Shown here piece by piece: positions 19,536-28,777 of a DNA stretch of 64,000 nucleotides. Source of the stretch: Spirochaetia bacterium (GTDB lineage Bacteria > Spirochaetota > Spirochaetia > WTKD01); the NCBI GenBank assembly GCA_965243525.1, contig OZ251568.1, positions 1,632,588 to 1,696,587 of the forward strand, in the 5' to 3' direction. Position 1 is the stretch's first letter. Each line of letters opens with the position of its first letter. Below the pieces are notes generated by a model, which saw only the letters and a program-made list of their open reading frames with translations, did no database searches and was not told the DNA's origin. The translations under genes and the position numbers were made by a program.

Positions 19536-20396
19536 ATGACTACTCGAAATTTTTTCTTTTCCAGACGTTCTGATTCGCCGTTTAAGCGAATCCTCATTCA
19601 TATAGCTTTGATCTGTATGTGTGTGATCACCGTCTATCCTGTTTTACGCATAGCATCGGTTTCGTTGCGACCTTCAAATCGATTGTTATCCACCGATTTG
19701 GCAGTTATTCCAGAAGACGCAAGCTTTGAAAATTATCGTGTCGTTCTTTTTGAGCGTGATTTTTTGCAATGGTTGTGGAATAGCTTGTTATTGACGATAT
19801 CGACATCGATCATTGGGGTATCAATCGCCGCAACCTCTGCCTATGCGATATCGCGGTGGAGCTTTTTTGGCAGAAAATTCATGGTTATCACCCTATTGGC
19901 AACACAGATGATTCCGGGAGCCATGCTGCTTCTCCCTATCTACATCATTGCAACCCGGTTAGGTCTGATTAGCACCTGGTATGGAACAATTATAGCCTAT
20001 TCAGTTACAGCAGCTCCGTTTTCAATTTGGATTCTAAAAGGATATTATGACACGATTCCTCGTGAACTCGAACAGGCGGGATTGGTGGATGGATTGAACC
20101 GATTGCAAGTCTTTTTTAAGATAATGCTGCCCCTTTCAACTCCGGCACTTGCGATTGCCTTATTGTTTAATTTCACGCAGGTGTGGAATGATTATTTGCT
20201 GGCGAGAATATTCTTGCAAGATCATGCTATGGCAACATGGCCGCTTGGATTGGCTCGATTACAAGAACAGTTTCAGACGCAGTGGGGACAATTTGCTGCA
20301 GGAGCCCTAATGGTTTCGGTGCCAGTCATGGTGTTATTTTTGCTTTCATCTCGATGGTTGATCTCCGGACTGACACTTGGTTCAGTCAAAGGATAA
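19536..20396 (+). CDS. Sugar ABC transporter permease (MalG-like, CUT1).
   Basis: Polytopic membrane protein. ATG at 19536 with an AGGAAGG RBS; the track start at 19527 is GTG. Confidence 0.85.
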   Translation: MTTRNFFFSRRSDSPFKRILIHIALICMCVITVYPVLRIASVSLRPSNRLLSTDLAVIPEDASFENYRVVLFERDFLQWLWNSLLLTISTSIIGVSIAATSAYAISRWSFFGRKFMVITLLATQMIPGAMLLLPIYIIATRLGLISTWYGTIIAYSVTAAPFSIWILKGYYDTIPRELEQAGLVDGLNRLQVFFKIMLPLSTPALAIALLFNFTQVWNDYLLARIFLQDHAMATWPLGLARLQEQFQTQWGQFAAGALMVSVPVMVLFLLSSRWLISGLTLGSVKG

Positions 20397-20437
20397 ATTG
20401 ACGCTATGCAGTGTATGTGTTAGAGTGATTATTAATT

Positions 20438-21055
20438 ATGGCAAGAAATAGTACAAAACGCGGAAAACTTGTGCGGAAGTTTGGTCAGAACATCTTCGGA
20501 AATCCAAAATATGATAGATTACTGAAGAAAAAATCAAAACCGCCTGGCTCACAAATACGTCGTGGTCGAAAGAGAATTAGTGAATTTGGAAAGCAGCTTC
20601 TGGAAAAGCAAAAACTGAAATTTGCATATGGTTTGTCTGAGCGACAGTTTAGAAATTTGTTTTTTAAGGCAAAAGCAAAAGATGGAGTAACGGGAGAGAC
20701 CATGCTCGTCATGTTGGAGCAAAGACTCGATAGCGTTGTCTATCGCTCAGGATTTGCATGCAGCAAGAATCAAGCACGTCAATTGGTGACCCATGGGCAG
20801 TTTCTCTTAAACGATAGACGAATCGATATTCCATCCATTCAGGTACGTCCGGGTGATGTGTTGAAGGTTCGCCCTAAAAAGAATGTAGTTGAGTTGTCTC
20901 GAAGATTGCTCGCTGAAAATTCTACTCGTGAAGTTCCTGATTGGTTGCAAGTGTCGCCGGATGATTTGACGATAGTTGTTAACAAACTACCTTCAAAGGA
21001 AGCCATACCCGTTATTGCAGAAGTGCAGTTAGTTGTTGAGTATTACTCAAAGTAG
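20438..21055 (+). CDS. rpsD: 30S ribosomal protein S4.
   Basis: MARNSTKRGKLVRKFGQNIF...S4 domain; length 205 aa. Confidence 0.95.
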   Translation: MARNSTKRGKLVRKFGQNIFGNPKYDRLLKKKSKPPGSQIRRGRKRISEFGKQLLEKQKLKFAYGLSERQFRNLFFKAKAKDGVTGETMLVMLEQRLDSVVYRSGFACSKNQARQLVTHGQFLLNDRRIDIPSIQVRPGDVLKVRPKKNVVELSRRLLAENSTREVPDWLQVSPDDLTIVVNKLPSKEAIPVIAEVQLVVEYYSK

Positions 21056-21181
21056 AATCTAGTATTCAAGAACAGCTTTTTAATCAGCTTTAGAGGCAGA
21101 GATGGGTGATTTTCACCATGTTACACTCTGCCTTCTTGCATATCAGCACCTATCTAGAACTAGAAGTAACTAAACGCTGTG

Positions 21182-21403
21182 TTACGATTGCGGGGTTGCT
21201 TCGTATCCTATGCGGTGCACATATTCACAAATCTTTTTGATGTTTTCCTGATCTCCAGAATGATAAACGAGAAGGGTGTTGTCCTTGCGGTTGTGAATGA
21301 CATCCTCAACGCCAGGGAGCTTTCTTGCCATATGGGATATCGCGATACTGCAAGATGTACATTGTGCACCTTTTAGCTTGATAATTGATTCAATTGTTTC
21401 CAT
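21182..21403 (-). CDS. Small heavy-metal-associated (HMA) domain protein, copper-chaperone-like, with an atypical CTSC metal-binding motif.
   Basis: METIESIIKLKGAQCTSCSIAISHMARKLPGVEDVIHNRKDNTLLVYH...IGYEA matches the HMA fold pattern (GMxCxxC replaced by GAQCTSC). The frame stays open upstream to a TTG at 21535, which would add a signal-peptide-like N-terminus overlapping rsmD. Confidence 0.5.
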   Translation of the reverse strand: METIESIIKLKGAQCTSCSIAISHMARKLPGVEDVIHNRKDNTLLVYHSGDQENIKKICEYVHRIGYEATPQS

Positions 21404-21485
21404 GCGAAAGTATATTGTGTGTGGAATATTCTGCCAAGAAAGGCAGGCAAACGATATGGTCAGATGAAGTAGCAGGCTGATGTTT

Positions 21486-22025
21486 TTATTGTGCAGTGTC
21501 TTTGATGGCAAAGGCTCTGAGATAAGAAAATCCAAACAATTTTTCTTTCACGCAGCTTATTGATGGGTTGAGAACGAAGTCTTCTTTTTTGGGAGTATGG
21601 ATGATGACCGTGGTAGTTGGAACAACAATCGATGAGGAAAATACCCTCCTTAGGAGATCCGACTTGTATTTGTACGCAAAGGGAGGATCTAAAAACACAA
21701 TATCAAATGATTGCTTTTCTTGCTTTATAAATGCTTCAACGGGCTTGACTATGTAGTGAATGGATATCTCTTGTTTTTTTAGAAAATTTCTCACTTGCAG
21801 GACTGTTTTTGCGTCGCGCTCTACGGCGGTGGGACTAGCCCCGGATGAGATCGCCTCAAGAGAGACGATGCCGGTTCCTGCGAACAAATCAAGAAAGGTT
21901 TTGTTCTCAATTGAACCAAGGTATTGAAACAGCCACTCGCGGGCCTTTGCGGTAAGTGGGCGGTGATCACCTTTTATATATGGCAGGGGCAATCCTTTGA
22001 GCTGTCCTTGGATAATTCTCATCAT
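21486..22025 (-). CDS. rsmD: 16S rRNA (guanine966-N2)-methyltransferase.
   Basis: DLFAGTG...DPPFAY motifs; 179 aa. Confidence 0.85.
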   Translation of the reverse strand: MMRIIQGQLKGLPLPYIKGDHRPLTAKAREWLFQYLGSIENKTFLDLFAGTGIVSLEAISSGASPTAVERDAKTVLQVRNFLKKQEISIHYIVKPVEAFIKQEKQSFDIVFLDPPFAYKYKSDLLRRVFSSSIVVPTTTVIIHTPKKEDFVLNPSISCVKEKLFGFSYLRAFAIKDTAQ

Positions 22026-24064
22026 AGCGGTGATTCCATTGAATCAATATGGTCGATACCCATGCGGTCACGTTCTGTTGCAGATGTCAAAATTTTTGAT
22101 GCGATTTTTTGCGATGATTCAAGCAAGTCTTTTCGTCGCAAAACCAACATGAATTCCTGAGCATTGAATCCGGATTGATGGGTGCCTGCCAAATCTCCCG
22201 GTCCTCGCAACAGAAGATCTTTTTCTGCTATGAGAAATCCATCACTCGTTTCATACATAATTTTTAGACGTTCTTTTGCAATATCAGTCAGATCCTCAGC
22301 ATAGGCAAGGCAACAATACGATTGTAGATCACTTCGTCCGATACGCCCTCTCAGTTGATGCAGTGTGGAAAGCCCAAACAATTCAGCGTGTTCAATAAGC
22401 AATATGCTTGCATTTTTCACGTCGATACCAACCTCGATGATGCTACTTGCAAGCAAGACATGGATACTTCTTTCTTTGAATTTCCGCATGGTAGTTGAGA
22501 TCATTTTTGCATCCAGTTGGGAATGCACCACTCCACAATTATACGCCGCAAAGCGTGATTGAACACTCTGTAACATGGATTCTATGCTGCGTATATGGTT
22601 TGATTCTGCAATTCTGGGGTATACGATATAGGCTTGATGTCCCTTATCAAGTTCTGACTCGATCAGGCGATATGCCTGTTCTATGTTTTTTTGGGTAGAC
22701 AAATGCGTACGTATCGGCTTTCTGTCTAGCGGTTTTTCGGTGATCGTGCTGACCGTTATATATCCGCTGATAATCTGTGCAACGCTTCGTGGAATCGGGG
22801 TGGCGCTCAGCATAAGGACATAGGGTGGGGGAAATTGAGATTTTGTGAGTGCTTGTCGCTGTGCCACACCAAAACGTTGTTGCTCGTCGATAATCAGTAG
22901 TGCGAGATTTTTTCCTTCTATGGTTTCATGCAGGAGTTTGTGGGTTCCAAACAATATATCGATGGACCCTTGAAGAAAATCCTCTTGCAGGGCATGCACA
23001 GCATCTGCGGCAAGGTTTCTGTGCAGAAAAGCAGATCGAATTGAATATTTCTGCAATAAGGCTTGATTGTTCTCAAAATGTTGGAGCGCAAGCAAATATG
23101 TTGGTGCAAGAAAAATCGTTTGGTATCCTTGTTGAGCAAGCACTATCGCAACAAGTAGGGCTACAATTGTCTTTCCGCATCCCACATCTCCTTGAATAAT
23201 ACGCCTTCCGGTACGCATCTTCTGCATGTGAGAAAGAATATCTGATACTGCAGTGAGCTGTCCTTCAGTGAGTTGAAAGGGGAGATTCTCAAATAGGGCT
23301 GGATCAAGATGCAATGTTTTTTCAAGTGGATATGACTGAGCTATGCTCCCTATGGAAAACCGCACTTGAATGTGAATGAGATTTCGAAATGCGATGAGCA
23401 TGTGCGCAACCTTGGTCGATGGCATGTTCGGTGGAATGTGGATTGCTCTATACAAAGCAGCAAGATAGGAAGGTGAATAGGTGAACTGATTAGCTCCCTC
23501 GATGCCGCTGGTGATCAAATCATGTGAATCAATGTCATCTTCAAGCTGATCGGTGATGCAAAGAACAGATTTTTTCAGGAGATTTTGAAGGCTCACTTGG
23601 CGAATGCCCTTTTTGAGGTGGTAAATTGGTTGGATAGTTAAGAATGCATCGGCGTTTTTTTCAAGCGCATATTCAAATTGACTACTGGTCCATTTTCCAT
23701 ATGATTTTGAAAATTGCGTATACAACAACACTGTTTGGCCAACTGGCAACTGTTTAGCGATAAAATTTCTGCCATAACACATGAGATAGGCCTGCATCGT
23801 TGCATCTGAAACAGTGATCTGCAGCACGCGAGTATTTCGAAACGGAATATAGGCATGCTTTTGGACGATTACCCGGGAACTTGCCTTTTCAGTGCATTGG
23901 AGCTGAATTGTTCCCAACTTTGTCCTGTCTTCATAACGTTTTGGAAAATACGAAAGAATGTCCCAGGCAGAGTTGCAGTCTAATCGGGTAAAGATTGATT
24001 TTTGGTGCTTCGTGAGAAAGGAAAGAACAGAAATATCGATGGATTTCAATTCATGTGCAAGCAC
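22022..24064 (-). CDS. recG: ATP-dependent DNA helicase RecG.
   Basis: Wedge domain followed by a helicase core with GDVGCGKT, DEQQRFG and QLRGRIGR motifs. Confidence 0.9.
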   Translation of the reverse strand: MLAHELKSIDISVLSFLTKHQKSIFTRLDCNSAWDILSYFPKRYEDRTKLGTIQLQCTEKASSRVIVQKHAYIPFRNTRVLQITVSDATMQAYLMCYGRNFIAKQLPVGQTVLLYTQFSKSYGKWTSSQFEYALEKNADAFLTIQPIYHLKKGIRQVSLQNLLKKSVLCITDQLEDDIDSHDLITSGIEGANQFTYSPSYLAALYRAIHIPPNMPSTKVAHMLIAFRNLIHIQVRFSIGSIAQSYPLEKTLHLDPALFENLPFQLTEGQLTAVSDILSHMQKMRTGRRIIQGDVGCGKTIVALLVAIVLAQQGYQTIFLAPTYLLALQHFENNQALLQKYSIRSAFLHRNLAADAVHALQEDFLQGSIDILFGTHKLLHETIEGKNLALLIIDEQQRFGVAQRQALTKSQFPPPYVLMLSATPIPRSVAQIISGYITVSTITEKPLDRKPIRTHLSTQKNIEQAYRLIESELDKGHQAYIVYPRIAESNHIRSIESMLQSVQSRFAAYNCGVVHSQLDAKMISTTMRKFKERSIHVLLASSIIEVGIDVKNASILLIEHAELFGLSTLHQLRGRIGRSDLQSYCCLAYAEDLTDIAKERLKIMYETSDGFLIAEKDLLLRGPGDLAGTHQSGFNAQEFMLVLRRKDLLESSQKIASKILTSATERDRMGIDHIDSMESPL

Positions 24065-27000
24065 TTATGAACACCACACATCGGTAATAAAAGGAAATTT
24101 TTTCAATTCTTCCAACACAGTGCTACGTGGGCTCAACTGCAATTGTGGTGAGCATACCAACAATTCCTCTTCGTCGGTATGAGAGGGATGGACGTAGACG
24201 CTGCTAAATCCAGGATTATTTTTGATAAACGTACGCAACTGCATCGCAGAATGTTTTGGGTTATGTACATCAGAAATACGTACATGGATTTTCTCAATTG
24301 CCAATTCTTCATTTGGTATTGCTCGCTGGATAGACCCTACGTTATACAGGTGCGCATCGCGGCTATCCTGAGTAACACTCACGTGGATTACCTTGCCATC
24401 AACGAGGTGTGCCGCATATTTCTTATGTTCCTGCGCAAAAATGCGCAATTGTTTGTGCCCTAGTGAGGTTTCAAGACTTGCGCTTACTATTTCTTCTTTT
24501 CTTCTCGTCGTATATCGAGATTTCTCTTGGTATACCCCAATAAATTCCCGCTGAGAAGAAGAGTATTGGCGTTGATTGATGCGTGATTCTGAAACAGAAT
24601 AATTAGACAAGGGATTCCCGCTTGCGTAGAACTGCAGAAATTGTTTTTCATCGTGAAGCCTTTCTTCAAGCGACCAGTCGGGAAGGTCTTCGTTGAAAGA
24701 GGCAAATTCCGTTTCTTGTGGATCGAACAACGTAAACTGCCCGGCTTCCTGAAGTTTCTTTTGTTGTTGAGCGTGTGCATACAAAGTTTCAAGCTGCAAA
24801 AAGAGCATCTTCCGGTTTGTGTGGATCGAATCAAAAACACCTGCGCGAATAAGACTTGCAATGCTTGTCTTTCGCACGATGGTCAAATTAACACGGGTCA
24901 AAAAATCGTTTATCGATGTAAATGGATGATCTGCCCTAGCCGTGACAATTGCTTCTGAAACTGCCTCGGCAACTGTTTTTATTCCAATCAACCCGAAAAG
25001 AATTTCTTTTTGATCCTTGACGGTGAAGTACACTTTTGATTTGTTTATATCCGGTGGAATCAAGGTGATCTTCATGTTTTGAATTGTTTCTATAAACGAC
25101 ATAAAACTGTCTGGAAATTTGTATTCGCAGTTCAGATAGGCAGCAAAAAACGGAGCAGGGTAATGCGTCTTCAGATAGGCGGTTTGGAATGCAAGCAGGG
25201 CATAGGCAGCAGCGTGTGATTTGTTGAATCCATACCCCGCAAAAGGTTCTATGATGTCGAAAATGCGCTCAGCCCTGTCCTTGGTATACCCTTGCTTGTG
25301 CGCGCCATCAACAAATTTTTGGCGAATTTCTTCAAGCTCTTCGCGCTTCTTTTTTCCCATAACCCTTCGCATGATGTCCGCTTCACCAAGCGAAAATCCA
25401 CCAATATGCTGCACAATCTGTATGACCTGTTCTTGGTATACAATAATGCCGTAAGTTTCTTCAAGGATACTCTGCACCTCGGGCAACAAGTATTCCAACG
25501 AGTGCCCTTTTTTCTTGTTGGTAATATAAAGGTCTATAAACTGCATGGGGCCGGGGCGATAGAGCGCGTTTATAGCTGTGATGTCTTCGATGCGCTCAGG
25601 TAATGTTCGTCGAAGAATCTGCTGCATGCCAGCGCTTTCCAGTTGAAATATTGCTTGACTGTTTCCCTCTTGAAGCATCGCAAACGTCGCCGTATCGGTC
25701 AGGTCAATGGATTCCATGGAAAACGTGGGGTGATAATGTCGGATTGTTTGTTCTGCATTATGGATGACTGTGAGTGTTTTCAACCCTAGGATATCCATTT
25801 TGATCAGTCCAAATTCCTCAAGCGCATCCATAGAATACTGCGTTGCAATTGATCCGGATCGCGGCTCTCGGTATAGGGGAAGGTATTCAATAATGGGTTT
25901 TTTCCCGATGATGATTCCTGCCGGATGGGTTGAAGCATGACGGTTGAGTCCAATGAGTTTTTGCGCGATGTCCACACATTCTCGATAGGTCGTATCTTCG
26001 TTGTAGTATTTCTGTAACACCGAATGCTCTTGAAACAACTCGACTAGGCTTGTATCAAGAAAATAGGGGATATGTCCCGCCAAGGTGTTTACTTCGCTGA
26101 AGGGGAGATTCAAAACTCGTGCAACATCCTTTAAAGCTGCGCGTGCTTTCATGGTGCCAAAGGTGATAATCTGTCCTACGTTTTCTGTGCCATATCGCTC
26201 TGTGATGTATTGAATGATTTCTGGACGTCCATCTATACAAAAATCGATGTCAAAATCAGGCATTGAGACTCTGTCAGGATTGAGAAATCGTTCAAAAAGG
26301 AGGCCGTATCGAATTGGATCGATATTGGTTATGCTTAGGGCATAGGCAACAAGAGAACCTGCACCAGAACCACGGCCTGGTCCCACGGGAATATCATGTT
26401 CTATAGCAAAATGCACGAAATCCCAAATAATCAAAAAATAGCCAACAAATCCCATCGAAATAATGGTATCAAGCTCAAAATCTGCACGCTTTTGCAGATT
26501 CGGTGTTATATCGGGATATTTTTTTTCCAGCCCTTCATAGGTGAGGTGCCGCAAATACGCCCCGGCGTCTGAAAACCCCTCTGGAATTTCATATTCGGGA
26601 AGCTGTGGGGGAAGCGGTTCAAATGTGGTTTTGCATTGCTGTGCAATGTGCACAGTGGTGTGCATTGCCTGGAGACTCTCAGAGAACTCTTCTTCGATCA
26701 CCTCCCTTGGTTTTAAATAAAACTCGCGAGAGGGAAACAAGATACTTCGGTCTTCTTTTTTTCTGTTTTGCCCAATACGTATCAGAATATCGTGTGCATC
26801 TGCATCTTCCTCTTTCGCATAATACGCCTCGTTGCAGATAGTTGTTTGTACTTCATATTCATCCGCTAGTTTCTCCAAGTGGTTGTTGAGCGCTATTCGT
26901 TCAGCAGTTCCATTGTTTGAAAGAGCGAGATATACACTGTCTTTTCCATAGGTATCAATATAAAATTGCAGGCGTTCTTTTGCATATGCGTGTTGGTTGT

Positions 27001-27442
27001 TGCGGAGTGCGATTCCAATGTCACTCCTTGTTGCTCCTTGAATACAGAAAAGACCATGGTTGTATTTTTTGATCAATGCATCGTCTATGCGTGGATGATA
27101 ATAGAATCCTTCGATATAGGCATAGGAAGAAAGCAGGGAGAGGTTTTTGAATCCTTCATTTGTTTTCGCGATAAGGTGAATAGTATGTTGGGGAGTTTTT
27201 GCTTCTTGTTTCGATTTTTCATGTCTTCCACGTGGAGCAATCGCAAATTCACATCCAATGACCGGGGTGACGTTATGTTGCTTGCAGGCCCGTACAAAGG
27301 GAATGACACCAAAAAGATTTCCTTCATCACAGATGGCAGCATGCGTATTGCCTTGTGCTATTGCATGCAGAACGATGTCTTCAACGCGAATCAAAGAACG
27401 CAGAAGGCTATAATCAGAGTGCACATGGAGAGGTATGAACAT
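24065..27442 (-). CDS. dnaE: DNA polymerase III alpha subunit.
   Basis: N-terminal PHP domain (FIPLHVHSDYSLL), polymerase core and OB fold. The track start at 27478 is TTG; the ATG at 27442 gives MFIPLHVHS. Confidence 0.9.
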   Translation of the reverse strand: MFIPLHVHSDYSLLRSLIRVEDIVLHAIAQGNTHAAICDEGNLFGVIPFVRACKQHNVTPVIGCEFAIAPRGRHEKSKQEAKTPQHTIHLIAKTNEGFKNLSLLSSYAYIEGFYYHPRIDDALIKKYNHGLFCIQGATRSDIGIALRNNQHAYAKERLQFYIDTYGKDSVYLALSNNGTAERIALNNHLEKLADEYEVQTTICNEAYYAKEEDADAHDILIRIGQNRKKEDRSILFPSREFYLKPREVIEEEFSESLQAMHTTVHIAQQCKTTFEPLPPQLPEYEIPEGFSDAGAYLRHLTYEGLEKKYPDITPNLQKRADFELDTIISMGFVGYFLIIWDFVHFAIEHDIPVGPGRGSGAGSLVAYALSITNIDPIRYGLLFERFLNPDRVSMPDFDIDFCIDGRPEIIQYITERYGTENVGQIITFGTMKARAALKDVARVLNLPFSEVNTLAGHIPYFLDTSLVELFQEHSVLQKYYNEDTTYRECVDIAQKLIGLNRHASTHPAGIIIGKKPIIEYLPLYREPRSGSIATQYSMDALEEFGLIKMDILGLKTLTVIHNAEQTIRHYHPTFSMESIDLTDTATFAMLQEGNSQAIFQLESAGMQQILRRTLPERIEDITAINALYRPGPMQFIDLYITNKKKGHSLEYLLPEVQSILEETYGIIVYQEQVIQIVQHIGGFSLGEADIMRRVMGKKKREELEEIRQKFVDGAHKQGYTKDRAERIFDIIEPFAGYGFNKSHAAAYALLAFQTAYLKTHYPAPFFAAYLNCEYKFPDSFMSFIETIQNMKITLIPPDINKSKVYFTVKDQKEILFGLIGIKTVAEAVSEAIVTARADHPFTSINDFLTRVNLTIVRKTSIASLIRAGVFDSIHTNRKMLFLQLETLYAHAQQQKKLQEAGQFTLFDPQETEFASFNEDLPDWSLEERLHDEKQFLQFYASGNPLSNYSVSESRINQRQYSSSQREFIGVYQEKSRYTTRRKEEIVSASLETSLGHKQLRIFAQEHKKYAAHLVDGKVIHVSVTQDSRDAHLYNVGSIQRAIPNEELAIEKIHVRISDVHNPKHSAMQLRTFIKNNPGFSSVYVHPSHTDEEELLVCSPQLQLSPRSTVLEELKKFPFITDVWCS

Positions 27443-27562
27443 GTAATTTACCCTACCTGCAGGTATTTCAATCGTCAAGTGACATATGTCATGAGGTTGC
27501 GCTCGACAATAATACTAGAACCTCATTTATGATATTGGAGTAGAGAAGGGTGCAATTATTTC

Positions 27563-28765
27563 CTATGCGCAGACTGCATTAATCTGTGCGCTAATGTACT
27601 CGATGTCTTCGGAGCTTAATGCAGGGTATATAGGTAGGCTGAGGATGTTCTTTGCAATGGAGTCAACATGAGGCAGTGGTGTTTTGGCGAATGACTTAAA
27701 ATAGCGTTGGTGATGCAATGGTGTAAAATGGATCGATGTTTGAATGCCTGCCTTTTGCAATTTTTGGACCATGGCCTCTCGATTGACCGCATCACCACAT
27801 ACTTGAATGACAAACAGATGCCACGAATGCAGCGGATGGATTTGATTTGGGAGGATGATTGACGCATTGTCTTTTAGCAGTTTGTGATAGAGTTGTGCGA
27901 TCTCTTTTCGTCGATTTTGTAGCACTATTTGTTTTTTTAGCTGCACCCGGGCAAGAGCAGCTTGAATATCTGATAGATTGTATTTGAATCCATCTGATAT
28001 CACCTCATACGTCGCTGATTGATTTTTATACCGTTGCCATGATTGGGTTGAAATGCCATGAGAACGTAATACCTGCATTGTACGAGCAACAGTCGCGTCT
28101 TGCATGCAAATCATTCCTCCCTCAGCAGAACTCAGAGGTTTGGTTGCATAGAATGAAAACACCGCGACATCTTTTGCAGGATAACCATGGTGTTCACCAA
28201 CGATAGGAGAACAATGTGCTGCATCTTCGATGAGCCATAGATCGTATTTTTTTGCCAATGCAACATAATCTTCGATGAATCGCGGTTCCCCTGCATAATG
28301 TACGCACATGATTGCGGTTATGGGATGATTGGTATTTCGTGCATCGAGAATAGAAGCTTCTAACGCCTGAGGATCCATATGGAAGGAATTTGGAGCGATG
28401 TCAATGAAGAAGGGACGATGTCCTGATTGGATGATCACCTGTGCACAGGAGGCAAAGGTGAGCGGTGATACTGCAATGCAACTTTTGGGAGCTAGGCTAC
28501 CTAATAGTATTGCTAGGTGTAACCCCGCAGTTGCACTTGATACTGCACCGGCCTGAGCCGCATTGACTGTCTGTGCGAATTCATCTTCCAACATTCGACA
28601 TTCCTCACCGGTGGTAATCCAACCACTCGATAAGGCCCGTGTTATCGCTTGTTCTTCTTCGTGATCATATGCGATGCGGTGAAACGGAATACGAATCTGT
28701 GAAGATGGTGAACTGGAATCTTTTTCGATAATAGAATCTCTTGAACTCATAGGGAACTGTGGCAT
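27563..28765 (-). CDS. DegT/DnrJ/EryC1/StrS-family PLP-dependent sugar aminotransferase (PglE/PseC-like).
   Basis: IPFHRIAYDHEEEQAITRALSSGWITTGEECRMLEDEFA, with a conserved catalytic-Lys region. Confidence 0.8.
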   Translation of the reverse strand: MPQFPMSSRDSIIEKDSSSPSSQIRIPFHRIAYDHEEEQAITRALSSGWITTGEECRMLEDEFAQTVNAAQAGAVSSATAGLHLAILLGSLAPKSCIAVSPLTFASCAQVIIQSGHRPFFIDIAPNSFHMDPQALEASILDARNTNHPITAIMCVHYAGEPRFIEDYVALAKKYDLWLIEDAAHCSPIVGEHHGYPAKDVAVFSFYATKPLSSAEGGMICMQDATVARTMQVLRSHGISTQSWQRYKNQSATYEVISDGFKYNLSDIQAALARVQLKKQIVLQNRRKEIAQLYHKLLKDNASIILPNQIHPLHSWHLFVIQVCGDAVNREAMVQKLQKAGIQTSIHFTPLHHQRYFKSFAKTPLPHVDSIAKNILSLPIYPALSSEDIEYISAQINAVCA

Positions 28766-28777
28766 GCTGTCTCGAGA

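Noticed and set aside
21095-21138. An inverted repeat GGCAGAG...CTCTGCC with a 24-nt loop downstream of rpsD.
   Set aside because: The loop is too large and there is no convincing T-tract, so I did not call it a terminator. It could still be a weak structure.
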